A stretch of 64,000 nt of DNA from Camelus dromedarius (lineage: Eukaryota). How positions within the stretch are numbered: the stretch's first letter is position 1; each line of letters opens with the position of its first letter. Location: positions 84,570,001-84,634,000 of the forward strand of contig NC_087436.1 of the NCBI RefSeq assembly GCF_036321535.1, written 5' to 3'. Below, in pieces: positions 1-13,810 of this stretch. The translations under genes and the position numbers were made by a program. The notes under the pieces were generated by a model. The model saw only the letters and a program-made list of their open reading frames with translations. It had not been told where the DNA came from and did not search any database.

Positions 1-2285
1 ACAATTCAATATTATTCAGCCACGAAAAGGAATGAAGTACTTATTCATGCTACAAAATATGGATGAGACTTAAAACATGTTAAGTGAAATAAGCCAGTGA
101 TAAAAGGCCACATATTGTATTATCCCATTTATGTGACATTCTGGAAAAGACAAGAGTAGAGGACCAAAACAGCCAGAAGCTATTGGGAGGGGAGGATTGG
201 GGAGTGATGGCTAACAGGTATTGATTTGTTTTCTGGGTAATAAAGATGTTCTAAAATTAGATAGCAGTGATGGCTGCATGACATTTTAAATGTACTAAGA
301 AACACTGAATTGCACACTTTAAAAGAGTGAACTTTCTAGTATGTAAATTATACTTCAATAAAACTTGTGAAAAATTATGGAATCTACAAATAAGTTACTA
401 GAACTAGTAAATGAGTCTAACAAGATGGCAGCATACAAGATCAATATATTAAAATTGATTATATTTCTATATGATAGCAACAATAGGAAGTTAAAATTAG
501 GAAATAATACAACCTATAAAATATAACATTCTTAAGATCAATCTGACAAAAGATGTGAAAAACCTATATACAGAAAAACTACAAACATTGATAAGAGAAA
601 TTAAAGATGACCTAAGCAACTGGTAAGATATACCATATCTATGGATTGGAAGACCCAATTCAGTTCCTCCCCAAACTGGCCTATAGATTCAACACAATCC
701 CAGTCAAATTCTCATTAGATTTTTTTGTTGAAATTGACTGATTCTAAAATTCATATGGAATTGCAAAGAATCTAAAGATGAATAAAATTGGAGAATTAAT
801 ACTGCCTGATTTCAAGAATTATAAAGGTGCAGTAATCAAGACAGTGTGGTATCAGCATAAAGAGATAAAAAATAAACAAAAAGATAAAAAAAGATTTAAA
901 AAAAAAACAGAATAGAGTCCAGCCCATGTTAACAATGACAATTGATTTTTGACAAAAGTTTAAGAGCAATTTAGTGAAAAAATGTTAGTCTTTTCAACAA
1001 ATGGTGCTAGAAACTTGGATATTCATTATGCAAAAGAGAAAAATTTTGATCCACATCTCACACCATACACGAAAATGAACCAAAAATGGAATATGGACCT
1101 AACTATAAAACCTAAAACTATAAAGCTTCTAGAAGAAAACATAGGAGAAAACCTTTGAGAACTTGGATTAAGCAAAGATGTCACAGACATGTGATATAGC
1201 CATACAGGTCATGTCTTAGACATGACATCAAAAGCATGATCTATATAAAAGAGCAAACTGATAAACTGGACCTGATCAAAACTAAAAACTGTTCTTCAAA
1301 AGACACCATTAAGAGAATAAAATGATAAGCCACTGACTGGAAGAAAATATGTCCACATCATACATCTCGTAAACAAACTTGAGTCCAAAATATATAAACA
1401 ATTCTTGCAACTAAATAATAAGATAACAAGTTACCCAATCAAAAAATGGGAAAACATCTGAACAGTCACTTTACCAAAATAAATATACAATGGTAACTAA
1501 GCACATGAAAAGAAATTCAACAAAACTAGTTATTAGAGATATGCCTATTTTAAGCCACAGTGAGGTACTGCTACACACCTACTATATCAACTAAAATTAA
1601 AAGGTTTGAACATACCAATTGTTGGCAAAGATATGGAGGAACTGTGACTCATATACTGCTAGTGAGAATACAACTTTGGAAAACATTTCAGCAATTTCTT
1701 TAAAAGATAAGCAGTTAAGCATACATCTACCATATGATCAGCCATTTCACTCCTGGGAATTTCCCCAAGAGAAGTGAAAATAAACCCAAGAGAAATGAAA
1801 GACTTACACTAGAACATTTAATCACAGCAGCCCCAACCTAAAAGTCCATCAACAAGTGAACAGATAAACAAATAGCCCATACAATGGAAAACTACTTGAC
1901 AATGAAAAGGAATGAAGTATTTATACATGCTATAACATAGATGAATCTGAGTTGTTCAAAATAATTACACTGAGTTAAGAAGTCAGACAAAAAGGAGAAT
2001 GAACATACTGCATAGTTCTGTTATATAAAATTCTAGAAAATGTAAACTCATATAATAGGACAGAAAGCAGATTAGAGGTTGCCTGGAGGTGGGAGTTGGG
2101 CAACAGGAATAGGAATGGGAATGGAGGAAGGGGCAGGAAGGAGGGATTACATATGCCTCTACTGTTGGAGATGTGTAGTTTTCATTTTTCTCCACGCTTA
2201 TAAACTTACCATAACTGCCATAAATACAATTATTCACCGTAAGTATTCTTTTATGATGCACAGTGTGTATTCAATACATGCTCTT
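1..2285 (+). mobile_element. Old LINE-1 (L1M-type) fragments: a 3' UTR, then degenerate ORF2 3' part plus 3' UTR
   Basis: Typical L1 ORF2 motifs (gtaatcaagacagtgtggta, ttcaacaaatggtgctag, ctagaagaaaacatagga) and L1M 3' UTR motifs; no long ORF. Confidence 0.9.
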
Positions 2286-3549
2286 TAGTGAATTAATCAT
2301 TGGAGGATCAACTGTATAGCTGCTTGAATGTAAAGTCTGAAAAACTAAATAGCTAGGTCAAAGAATAGGCAGATTTTAATATTTTTTACACAGTGGTAAA
2401 TTTTACTCCAGAAAGATGCCAATTGTTAAGAGGGTCTGTGTGTATCTATACCATATCATAATTCATCCACGTGAACCAAGCTGCTTACATGTAGATGAAA
2501 ATGTTCACTCTTCATTTATTTGCAATTATTTATTTATTAATGAGCTTGAAATTTTTATTGTTTTACTTATTAGCCATTTTTATTCCTTCTTCTAGCCCCT
2601 ATTGCATCAAATCTGTATAGCACAAAATTAGCACTCTATTATGTATTTTTATTTGTATTGAGTAATTTGGCACTTTATCATCTTAACATACAATGCAGTT
2701 ATATACGTTACTGTTGTCCTTTATAAAGCATTGGTAGAGGCTTGATAGGGCCTCTTATGAGATGCCACTGATGGTCTTCTAATCCCAGCATACAATATTA
2801 TTATTCACTAATTGTTTTTTGCCTGTGTATATGGAGTATATTTTTCTTTTTATCCTGTTTTTTCTCTACATATTTTTAAATAGATTTTAAATTAACTGAT
2901 AAAGGGACAATACCAATCAAAAGGCAGATTATGTAATCCAGTTATGTATAATTAGTGGATGATCTGATTCAAAATATAAAAGACTCTCAAAGGACAGAAT
3001 AAAGTGTTGATCTGATATGATTCCAACTGTAGTTCTTGCAGCACTATTTTTAAGTGATTTAGAGTACATTCCTTCATCTGCAGTTTTCCCCTGTATAAAA
3101 TGTGTGCAAACTCAGGATGAGGGTATCTTGACAGAACATCATAAATAAAACACCAGAATAACCACCAGGAGCCTGGGACAGTGCCCCTATTCACACATCT
3201 TCCTTGTATGGACTACACATTCCATTCACTTAACAAGCACTTGCGTACCGACCAGGTGCTGAGGATACGACAGTGAGCAAGCTAGACTATGTTCCTGACC
3301 CAGGAAGCTTAAGGTCTGCTGGGGAGAAAAGAAAAATAGACAATTATAATACAGTGTGATAAGTGCTGCAATGGGGAACTACAGAGTGATATCAGAGCAT
3401 ATCCAGGGGGTGCCTTAATAAACAGATGCAGAAGAGATTCAATCCTACTTTTTTAAGTGGAATAGGATCAAATCCTTAAAAGTACTTAACAGTGCTTTAC
3501 TATTGTATTGGATCACCTATAATTTAGAAAACTGCAGGGGTTCCTTCAA

Positions 3550-4030
3550 TATTTTAAACTGAAGTATAATATACACGTAGAAAGTACATCTATCTTAAGC
3601 ATACAGCTTGATGAGGTTTTGCAAGCTGACACAATCATGTAGCACCCAGGTCAAGAAATTCAGCAGTGCCAGCATCCAGAAGTCCTCCCCATGCTCCCTG
3701 AACTGGCTTCTAATAGCACAGACTGGTTTTTCCTGCATTTTTAAATGGAACCACTTAGCATGTACTCTTTTGTGTCTGGCTTTGTGTCCAGTTGTGGACT
3801 GTTCATTATCACTGCTGTTTTGTATTCCTTGTGTGAATCCACATATTTATCTCAATGTATGTTCATAGGCAGCTGGGTAGTTTCTAGTTTAGGGCTATTA
3901 TTAGGACTCCTCCTATAACATTCTAAAACTTACCTTTCAGTGAATATACGTATATGTTTCTGCTGGGTATTCACTCGGGAGTGGAGCTGCTGGACCTTAT
4001 GGTGTGCATATATTCAGCTTTGAAAAATAG
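3550..4030 (-). mobile_element. Old L1M fragment
   Basis: Antisense L1 3' region motifs (e.g. ggagtggagctgctggacctta). Confidence 0.6.
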
Positions 4031-4096
4031 GCAACCGGAGCTTTTAATATCACACAATATGCAGAAATATAACTTGTACAGTTGCTTGGGATTAAT

Positions 4097-4274
4097 TTAT
4101 TTAATTATTATTTTAAAAATATTTTATTTATTTTTTGTTTGTTTTTTTGTTTTGGGAGGAGGTAATTAAGTTTATTTATTTTACTTATTTATTTTAATGG
4201 AGGTACCGGGGGTTGAACCCAGGACCTCGTGCATGCTAAGCACACACTTTGCCACTGAGCTATACCCCCACCCC
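4097..4274 (-). mobile_element. tRNA-derived camelid-type SINE (Vic-1-like)
   Basis: Antisense A/B-box tRNA head; TSD gggattaat at 4088-4096 and 4275-4283. Confidence 0.9.
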
Positions 4275-4964
4275 GGGATTAATGTAAATAATCTGATTAG
4301 TTACTATTTGTTGAGCATCTCCTGTTGGCCAGGCACTGTGCAAGTGTTGGTTATACACTGGCTTTTGCCTTGTAGCCCTTAGGAAAGCATTCTTGCTCTA
4401 AGATTAACTAGAGAGCCAGGATATAAACCGTGTATGTCTATATACTCAAAACTATGTTAAAATATCATGGTATACAGGAAAATAACCTGGAAGGAAAATA
4501 AATCAGAAATGTCAGAATGACTGTCTTTATTAAATGTAGGACTTATTAGCAATTTTTTCTACTTTTCTGTATTTTCTAGGACTACCAGCCATGTAAAATT
4601 TCACATACGACTTGATTGGAATCCATAGAAAACCTAACTGAAGACTCTCCAATCTGCAAGGAATTTAGTGAAAGCTGAATGACTGATAGAGAATTCTGTC
4701 ACATACTTAGCACATGTTTCTATATTTCTTATATTTTGTTGCAAGGTCCTAGGCTCACAGAAAATCAGAATTGGAAGAGATGTTAGGACTCATTTGGTCA
4801 CTTGCTTTCAAATATTTTAGCTGTGGAAGAGTTTATTTGAAATTATATGAAAATCAAATATAAAAGTGGAGCATTTGGAAGAAGCCCTATTTGCACACCC
4901 CTCTAAGGCAAAAGGTGCTAAGCATCAAGTCTCTTTGAGAGAGACTGTTTGAAACGACTGATCC

Positions 4965-5198
4965 ACAACAAGGTCCTACTGTACAGCACAGGGAACTATA
5001 TTCAGTATCTTGTAATAATCTACAATGAAAAAGAATATGAAAAGGAATACATATGTGTGTATATTATATTTGTATAACTGAATCACTATGTTGTACACCA
5101 GAAACTAATACAACATTGTAAATCAATTAAAAAACAAAATTAAAAAACAAATTAAAACTTTGTTTAATTAAAAAACAAAACAATTAAAAAACAAAAAC
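4965..5198 (+). mobile_element. 5'-truncated artiodactyl-type L1 3' end
   Basis: caaggtcctactgtacagcacagggaactatattca motif followed by an A-rich tail. Confidence 0.85.
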
Positions 5199-6209
5199 AT
5201 TGATCCAATTCAATCCATTCATTTTCTAGAAAAAGAGGACGAAACAAGACCATAAGCAAGACAGCTGCAGATCTTCTGACTTGGAGCCTAATCCTTTTCA
5301 ACACACCACTGCTTTTCAAGTGGCTCTACACTCTCCAATCATACGAGCAATGCTTTATGCCTCTGGGTCTCCATCCAGGCCAGCAGAGACAGCAGTGCTC
5401 AGAATATATTTTTTAATCAAACAGTTGATATATACCTGCTATTCACCACTCCAAGTAGATTATATATAGGAAAAGCAATGCATTTTTTAAAATTGAAGTA
5501 CAGTCAGTTACAGCGTGTCAGTTTCTGGGGTACAGCACAATGTCCTCATCATGCATATGTATTACAAAGGAGCTAAAAGGCTCATTTCAGTCTCCATACC
5601 TAACCTGCCCCGCGGCACCAAGGACATTTCCCAAGACCAGTAAGAAGAGGATGGAAGTTAAATAATAAAGCAGCTGGGGTTATATAATGGATTTAAAACC
5701 AAAAGCAGGAAGACCTATATTGAAGAAACTCCTTCCAGCCCAGAGCAATTAATGTGGTGAACAGATGGGCAGGGAAGTGGACTATTTTCAAGCTTTAAAG
5801 GGAAGATAAACGACACAAAGAAATAATAAGCAGTAAGCCCTACAGTGCAGGGGCAAACACGAGGGCATGTTTTTCTTTTTTTTCCAAAAGATATTTTTAT
5901 TGCTAGGCAGTAACGTTTGCTCCAAGTTTTGCTCCTGTTAGTTGTTTTTCCATCAATAAAGAAGGTGAGTACTGGAGAGATCGAATAACACACCTACAGA
6001 AAAACTGCAGAGCAGAGACATCAATGGAAGCAATGAAAATAAGCTCCTGAATTCTAGTGTATGTCTTCTAGTTGAGTTTATGAAAGGGCAATCTTCCCTT
6101 TCTTTAGAAGATAGCACAGAGAACTTTTAGGATTGGAGCTTATAATGATGATTACGAGGTGGCAATGTGCATCAGCAATGAAGCATCAGGGTATACATTC
6201 GATGAAGTT

Positions 6210-6360
6210 TTACTGTGGATTTTTTTTTACTGCGTTTGAGTTATTTCTCCATTGGTAATCCATACACGGCACAGTACAGGTCCTCTTCCGTGATTCACGT
6301 GCTACTGAAACAAGCTTGTCAACTATGTCTCGCTTCATTACAAATTTCTGTTGCTCAGAC
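6210..6360 (-). pseudogene. HMGXB3-like terminal pseudo-exon
   Basis: tacttacag| phase 2, matching the previous donor. SEQQKFVMKRDIVDKLVSVARES (~FLTSREIVNRQIHDIVQS); stop TAA at 6210-6212. Confidence 0.6.
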
Positions 6361-8129
6361 CTGTAAGTACACTCTTCTTACATCAGCACTCTTAGAATAT
6401 GATTGCAACTTCTGGCATTTGTTGAGAACGTTATGATGTTCAAAATACTCACATCTATTTTTTTTCATTTTACCCTCATAACATTGCTGTAATATGTACT
6501 TGCCATTTAACAGACTAGGAAACTTAGGCTTCAGGATGGTAAGTGATGACTCTAAAGTCTCAGAGTTAATAAATGGCAGAGCTGAAACAGGCACCTTGAA
6601 CTTCTGGTGTTGAGTCCATCATTCTTCCGTAACTACTTTACACTAAACTACATTAAACACCATCAGATGTTCTCCACTGTCCTCTTGATAAACTCCTCAG
6701 CCTCAGCATGGCTTTCCAGTCCCTCCCCATCCAGGACCTTCCTCGTCTAACCTTCTCTCCACTTCTCTCCCACACCCTCTAGCTGCTTGCTCATAACAAC
6801 ACCCTCCCTGAATGTCCTCCTTTCTTCATTTCACCAAACTCTACACAGCCTTTAAGGCCCAGCATAAGTGTCTAGTAGATATAATCTTCCACCAAAAGCA
6901 ATTTACATCTGAATCACACATTTTGGCAATTCATTATATTCAATATAATTAGTAGTAAGCCACAGTTGTTAAATCATTTGTTACACCGTTAAATTATTTT
7001 ATATCTAATTGTTTAACATGCTGAAGTCCTGTTTCTGCTAAAGACCAAATCCTTTGGCTGTACAAGGTGGTATCATAGCGTTTACTCATGAACATGTACC
7101 AGTGCCTAGCACAGGGCAGGCACTCAATAAATAGAAGTCAATGATTTCTGGTTTTGTTTCAATAAAATGCCGAGCGTTGTATGAGGACATAGTCACTGCA
7201 ATGACTGAGGTTAGGAGGACAAGACAGAATTTCAGTCTTAACAGAACTGGGGTACCAGGAGGCCTCCAAGGCAGGGATCCAAGACCTGGAACTGGATACA
7301 CAGTGAAGCAGAACAAGCAGCAAGGCTGACTTGATGCTCCATAAATATGGGTCAGGACTGAACTACAGGTGGAGGTTAAGTAGCTACTAAGAGAGAGTAG
7401 GAGAGGAAGAGAGAAAAGGAGAAAGAGAGAAGGTGATGCAGTAGACTATTGGTGGGCTGCATCCTGCTGTTACACAGTCTGTATGATAGAGGACACACCT
7501 GCTGCTGATCATGGGCAGTAGCATTCATTTCAAACACCCAGGTAATTCTCTACAACAAGGTCCAGCCTACACTGCTTCTGTAAGTAAAGTTTTATTGGGA
7601 CACAGCCACACCCATATGTTTGAGCACTGCCTTTGGCTATTTATGCACGAAGAGGATGGAGCTGAGGAGCTGCAGCTTTACAGATTTTCCATCTGGTCCT
7701 GGATGGAAGTTTGCCGACCTCTGCTGTAAAATCTGCTTCTGTTTTTTAATAAGGAATCACAAAGCAATTTTTGGCAAAGGAGATCCAGACGCTGTCAGCA
7801 GATTTAGAAAGGTCAGAAAGTTTCCTTCCTTACAATCCATCACTCTGGTCTCTGACCCCCTCACTTGACCACTCTGTCCAACTGTGTCTGTTTGTGAAGC
7901 TGAGGTTATTCTACCCACTCTTGTGCCTTGGACCTGAAGTTTTCTAGCACTGGTGGACTGTGTCTAACTACGGGATTATTCCCTAATGCTCACGTTCATT
8001 GGAAATGTTAGGGTAGAAAAAGAATGAGTTGTTTATACAATAGTCAGTAGAAGTAGTATGTCAACAACTTGCTTTATATAACCATAAAGAAGTAGCAGAT
8101 TTTTTTGAGTTAACAGAAGTATACCCTCA

Positions 8130-8935
8130 GGGAATTCTAATTCGAAAAGATACGTGCACCTCAATGTTCATAGCAGCACTATATACAATAGCCAAGACAT
8201 GGAAGCAACTTAAATGTCCATCGACAGATGACTGGATAAAGAAGTTGTGGTATATTTATACAATGGAATACTATTCACTGATAAAAATAAAACAGTGCCA
8301 TTTGCAGCAACATGGATGGACATGGAGATCACTATTCTAAGTGAAGTAAGCCAGAAAGAAAAAGAAAAATACCATATGATAAACACTCATATATGGAATC
8401 TAAAAAAAAAAAAAAGAAAGAAAGAAAGAAAAAGAAGAAAGAGGACACTAGTGAACTCATCTACAAAACAGAAATAGACTCAGACATAGTAAACAATCTT
8501 ATGGTTACCAGGGGAAAGGGGGTGGGAAGGGATAAATCTGAGAGTTTGAGATTTGCAAATATTAAAATTTTATCTATATATAAAAGTAGATAAAAAACAA
8601 ATTTCTTCTGTACAGCACAGGGAACTATATTCAATATCTTATAATAACCTTTTTTTTAAAAAAAATTCTTTTTGGTTTGCATTTTTGAGGGTGGAGGGGA
8701 GGTAATTAGGTTTATTTATTTATTTAATGGAGGTACTGGAGATTGAACCCAGGACCCTGTGCATGCTAGGCATGCACTCTACCACTGAGCTATCTCCCTC
8801 CTCTCTAATAACCTTTAATGAAAAAGAATATGAAAATGAATATATGTACATATATGCATGAGTGGGACATTGTGCTGTACATCAGAATTTGACACATTAT
8901 AACTGACTATATTTCAACTTAAAAAAAAAAAAAAA
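8130..8935 (+). mobile_element. 5'-truncated L1 (end of ORF2 plus 3' UTR) interrupted by a SINE
   Basis: atgttcatagcagcacta...gcacagggaactatattcaatatctt, with poly(A) at ~8921-8935. Confidence 0.9.
8653..8805 (-). mobile_element. Vic-1-like SINE nested in L1 3' UTR
   Basis: TSD taataaccttt at 8642-8652 and 8806-8816. Confidence 0.9.
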
Positions 8936-8956
8936 GGAAGAAGTATCCTCTCCGTA

Positions 8957-9118
8957 GGAGGATACAGCTCAGTGGTAGAGCACATGCCTAGCATGCACAG
9001 GGTCCTGGGTTCAATCCCCAGTACCTCCATTAAATAAATGAATGAATGCATGCATGAATGAATAAATAAATAAATACATAAATCTAATTACCTCCCCCAA
9101 AACAAAATAAAACAAAAA
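8957..9118 (+). mobile_element. Vic-1-like SINE
   Basis: agctcagtggtagagc...gggttcaatcccc head plus A-rich tail. Confidence 0.9.
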
Positions 9119-9489
9119 AGTATATTTTTCACAATATTTTTACAACTTTTAATAGAATCCTTTCTTATATGATTTTCATAATTTTCTATTAGCAACACAG
9201 TATAGAAAATATAGTTTAACCTTTTTTTTTGCTGACTCAGACTCATCATAATGAGATTTGCTACATGGTAGCCCTCCGGGGCCACCAAGGAAGGGAGGTT
9301 AATTGAGCTAACAAAAAAATCGGGGAAAACTGACTTCATAGTTTTCTTATCTACTTTTCTCCTTCTCTCATTCTCAGAAGTCATCCTACACTGGATGCCA
9401 GGATTGGAAGGTGATCTAGGTCAACCACCAATCTCATGCTGAAATTCCTAGATCAAAAAAAAAAAAGTGCCTATCCAATGGGCTGGTCT

Positions 9490-9830
9490 TTGTCTTAGTC
9501 CACATAGGCTGCTATAACAAAATCCCACAGACTGGGTTGGAGGGAGGCTATAAACAACAGAACTTTGATTCTCATAGTTCTGGAGGCTGGAAGTCTGAGA
9601 TCAGGGTGTGAGCACGCTTGGGTGAGGGCCCCCTTCCAGGTATCTTCACATGGCCAAGGGGCCAGGGAGCTCTCTGGACTCCCTGCTCTAAAGGCTCTAA
9701 TCCCATTCGTGAAGGTTCTGCCCTCGTGACTGATCAACTCCCTGAGGCCCCACCTCCTAATACCATCACACTGGGCATGAAGATTTCAACAAGTGAATTT
9801 GGGGGGGGACATAAACATTGAAACCACAGC
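9490..9830 (-). mobile_element. MLT1 (ERVL-MaLR) solo LTR
   Basis: tgtcttagtccacataggctgctataacaaaa...ctcatagttctggaggctggaagtc motifs. Confidence 0.85.
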
Positions 9831-10091
9831 TATCCTGTCTAGTTTAGTTCACCAAATCACCAAATATTTACAATATGCCTCCTCTGGGTCAGTCATAGTC
9901 TTAAATTCAAAGATAATTAAGACATGGCTTCTGCCCTTATAAGATACCAACCTTGGTAGAAAGCCCAGTGTTCTCATGTAAGATTGTATGTGGGTAAGAA
10001 GGCCCCATTTCTTATAGCTTCATATTTTGCTATTTTGTTCATTTAATGTTATCTGATAAAGCCTAGTATTTTCTTTCAGGGTCCCACTCAC

Positions 10092-10238
10092 ACATTTACT
10101 CTATTTTCTGATGATGGTGAACAATGTCTAAATGGATAAGGAGAAAGTTCATAAGCAGTCAGAGCACTTGCTTTCCATAGTCAGGATTTTGCCCCACAAC
10201 AAGAGCTTTAAGATGTGGTTTCCAAGAATAAGATCTGT
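10092..10238 (-). pseudogene. HMGXB3-like pseudo-exon
   Basis: ctccatttttag|...GT|gtgagt. RSYSWKPHLKALVVGQNPDYGK-(frameshift)-ASALTAYELSPYPFRHCSPSSENRVNV (~LALCPELAPY...KPNGV). Ends in phase 2. Confidence 0.6.
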
Positions 10239-10321
10239 CTAAAAATGGAGATTTCTCTGTATTACACAAGTATATCTCAAAGAATCGTTTTACAATGACT
10301 AATGTTCTTTGAATTACTTAC

Positions 10322-10440
10322 TCCCTAAAGGTCTAAGAGCCATCAGAGAGACTCCAACACCAGGCTCCTGCTGCAGTGACCTGTCATTCCTGCCTCAGTT
10401 TCACAATGAAGAGCTCAAAGAAAGTCCTAAATATTCTTAC
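10322..10440 (-). pseudogene. HMGXB3-like pseudo-exon
   Basis: ctctattag|...GGA|gtaagt. Every frame is interrupted. Separated from the next exon by an 83-nt intron. Confidence 0.5.
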
Positions 10441-10701
10441 CTAATAGAGCATGGTAAGTCCAGTTATAAGATTTCTTCTCTGTAAGAAGAATTTAACCAT
10501 GCCAAGACTCAAAATCAAATATAATACAAAGAATAAGGGGGAACCGAGGAAAGAGAAAGATGGAAAACAGAGAAGAGAGAAATAAACAAAAGAAAGTTAA
10601 GAAGAAAAGGGTCCAGGGAGGCAGAGGGACATGGAGGCAAAAGAAAAGAAGATTAAAAAGAGCAATACATAGAAGAGGAAGATTCAGTCGCGATGTCTTT
10701 A

Positions 10702-11011
10702 GCTAAATGATACAAATGAACTTATTTACAAAACAGAAACAGACTCACAGGCATAGAAAACAAACTCATGGTTACCAAAAGGGGAAGGGTTGAGAAGGGA
10801 TAAATTAGGAGTTTGGGATTAGCAGGTACACAGTACTATATACAGAATAGATAAACAACAAGGTCCTACTGTATAGCACAGGGAATTATATTCAATAGCT
10901 TGTAATAAACTATAATGAAAAAGAATACACATGTATAACTGAATCTCTATGCTGGACACCAGAAACTAACACAGCATTGTCAATCAATTATACTTCAATT
11001 AAAAAAAAAAA
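10702..11011 (+). mobile_element. 5'-truncated L1 3' UTR
   Basis: L1 3' UTR plus poly(A); TSD gatgtcttta at 10692-10701 and 11012-11021. Confidence 0.9.
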
Positions 11012-11042
11012 GATGTCTTTATTCAAAAAATTACAGTGTCAT

Positions 11043-11135
11043 TGGGGTGGGGAGTATAGCTCAGTGGAAGAGCACATGCTTAGCATGCACAAGGTCCTGG
11101 GTTCAATCCCCAGCACCTCTGTTTAAAAAAAAAAT
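11043..11135 (+). mobile_element. Vic-1-like SINE (short tail)
   Basis: tRNA head; flanking repeat aaaaaattacagt. Confidence 0.9.
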
Positions 11136-11529
11136 TACAGTCTTGAGAGAAGATCACAAGTGAAGAGCTATTTACCTAATTTTCTTACAAGAATAGGGTG
11201 TAAAGAGCCTGCTGTTTAGATGGAGAGGCACGGCCCAGGGCTTGTATCCTTTGACACCCGACTCTCACCAGACCTGATACCAGTCGGTCATACCTGGCAC
11301 CCAGCTCTAGGGCAAAGGAGGCCATCGTGTCATCTGCTGCCAGGGAGTGCTGGAAGAGTCAGATTCAAGCCAAAGCAAATATGCAGTAAAAAAAAAAATA
11401 GTACAAGCAACTGAGGAAAGAACAGGTTTGAACCAGGATTAAGTAAGCGAAAGGTTTAGCCAACACAGTAGAAAAGGGTTAGATGAATGAAAGCTTGGAA
11501 TAGAGGCGGTTTAAACCATCACTGTTTAC

Positions 11530-12440
11530 AGCCCATATGATGAAAACCCCAAGAAAGTCAACTGAAAAACTACTAAAACAGAAGAGAATTTCCAAATCTG
11601 ATGGAGAATGGCTCAATGGCTTTCATAAACAACAAACAGAGGGTATAATGGGTGAGAAGTTGTCACCTATAATAACAGCCAAAACAAAAAAAATCTAGGA
11701 ATAAACTTAAGAACAATGTGAAGGACTATATGAAGAACACTTCCAGACACTTCTAAGGGACAGATAAGTGATCAAATGGAAAGGTTCGTGGGAAGGAAAA
11801 CCTGACATCATAAAGACATCATTCTTCCTAACTTAACCTAGAAGTCAAATGCAATTCCAATAAAAAAGAAGAGTGAGCAAGGCTCTGAAAAAGAAGGGTG
11901 ATAAGGGGACACAAGCTCTACCAGACAGTAAGGTGTTTTATAGACCCTCGGTCATCAACCCAGTATGAAACTACTGCAGGAAGACACAGATGGATCAATG
12001 GAACAGAACAGAAACCCAGAAAATGACCCAAATAACATTTGGGGATTTAATATATGATAAAAGTGGCATCTTAAAGCAGTGGGGAAAGAGAGACCATTCC
12101 ATAAATGTTGCTGGAATGACCAGTTAACCAACTGGAAAAAGATAAATTTGGAGCCATACCCACACCATACATCAAGATAAACTCCAAGTACGGCAAAGAT
12201 GAAAATATTAAAAATGAAACCATGAAAGTACAAGAAGCCACAAAAAAAAAAGAGAGAAAACCTGATACTGTCTGCCCCCCTTGGAAGAACATACCACCTA
12301 TGAAATAGTCTTTGGAAAAACAGTGGTATCCTGGGGAGGGGGAAACTGACGTGAGACATGGGATGTGAAGAGTTCACCTTACACCTTTTAAACTTTCATA
12401 TTTTTGACATATGGAAATTCACTGCATATTTAAAAATTAA
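11530..12440 (+). mobile_element. Old degenerate L1 ORF2 fragment
   Basis: Motifs gatcaatggaacagaacagaaa and ataaatgttgctggaa. Confidence 0.75.
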
Positions 12441-12500
12441 ATTAAAGAAAGAAAACTTTAAAAATCCAATGAAGTTAACAAAAAAGCAGCAGCTCTTAAC

Positions 12501-12615
12501 CTTGTAATGACCATGATAAAAGCTTCTTAGTAGAAGCTTCTGAAAAGGCTGACAGTAGTCTGTTGTTCTTGCTTTGCTCAATGGGGATGCTGCAATAGTT
12601 TCCAAATTCATTTTC
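12501..12615 (-). pseudogene. HMGXB3-like pseudo-exon
   Basis: gtcag|...AAG|gttaag. Two frames are open; LETIAA..CQPFQKL..SFYHGHYK resembles FSLLA..IRPPRHF..KIYKVCPHQ. Confidence 0.45.
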
Positions 12616-13280
12616 CTGACTGTGGTTTGGAGCCTTCTGATCCATGCTCCATGTGGCTGTCAGGATGATCTTCCTGTTTAAAAACTTCCAGAGTCTCTCT
12701 CACCTACAGGATCAAGTTCAGCTCCCTAGCATGGCACATTCGACATCTTTCATAATCAAGCCTTAACCTACTGCCTTTCCAGGCGTCTGCCCTGTCCCTC
12801 CTCACTACAAACCCTAAGCCTCAAGCACACTGAATTACTGGGCTAGATTCTGAATACATCAAGCATTTTCTTCTTTGTCCATGGTTATCTATCTGCCTGG
12901 AACTTCTTTTCATTTTCTACACGTCCTTAAAGACCATCTTAAAGACCCAGCTAAAATGCGACATCCTTTAGGAAGCCTGCCCTCACTTCCTCCAAGCAAG
13001 ACTTCTACGGATTATGCTCCCCTTCCACTATTTCCCCACTTCACTAAGGTGCACAGAGTCCTTTGTTCAAACTTCCAGTATAGTATGTGTCACAGTGTGG
13101 CGTAACTACCATTTGTTCTAGCCAGTATTTAATAAATGGATAATCATGCCTTACAGCCAACCCAGTTCCTTCTCCAAGGGTCCTAAGCTCAAAGAACAGG
13201 ATTCTCGCCCCCCCCCTTAAAAAAACCAAAACCCAGGCTTGCAAGAAAAAAAATCACTACACTGAAATGAATTTATTGGC

Positions 13281-13418
13281 TTGTCCTCATTCTAGATGGT
13301 CCTGAAAGCAACATCCCGCAGATTCACACAGCACACCAAGAACTGCAGTGAGGCGTGTGCCCTTCCTCCAACAGGCTCCAGCAGGCTACTCAACTCCTTC
13401 AAACAAGGTCACTTTTCC
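13281..13418 (-). pseudogene. HMGXB3-like pseudo-exon, SAP-like segment
   Basis: Acceptor cctaag|. LEPVGGRAHASLQFLVCCVNL~LDEIGSYSEEKLQHLLRQCGI. Donor unclear. Confidence 0.5.
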
Positions 13419-13810
13419 CTTAGGCACATGCCAACTAAAATCCCACATCTCATTTCTTAGGGAGCAGAGTGAAGTTCAGAGAGCTTGTCTATGGAGAGCT
13501 AAGTGTTGATCACAAGAGCAGAGACTCGAAATGACAGGTCCTCCTAATTAGACCCCTGTGCTAATCTCCTAGAAAGCAAAGGAAGCCTGCAATCATACCA
13601 CTGTTTGCTCTTGCATGTTTAGGATATTTGAGATTATGGGGAAAGTAAATATTTGGCTTCAGAAATATACTGGAGTGGTAATAAAAATATGGGTGTGACT
13701 GCGGATCAAAGGGCGAGAGTAGAGGAGGCTCCTCAGAATGGTGGCTGCCTACCACACCTGTAGGTAGGTTTCTGAGAGCTTTTACTCCTCCTTTTTTTTC
13801 TTTCACTCAC

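Noticed and set aside
8957..9030. tRNA-like sequences (11 copies in the window)
   Set aside because: They are SINE heads with A-rich tails and TSDs, not tRNA genes.
11955..12377. 140-aa minus-strand ORF
   Set aside because: Antisense reading of an L1 fragment.
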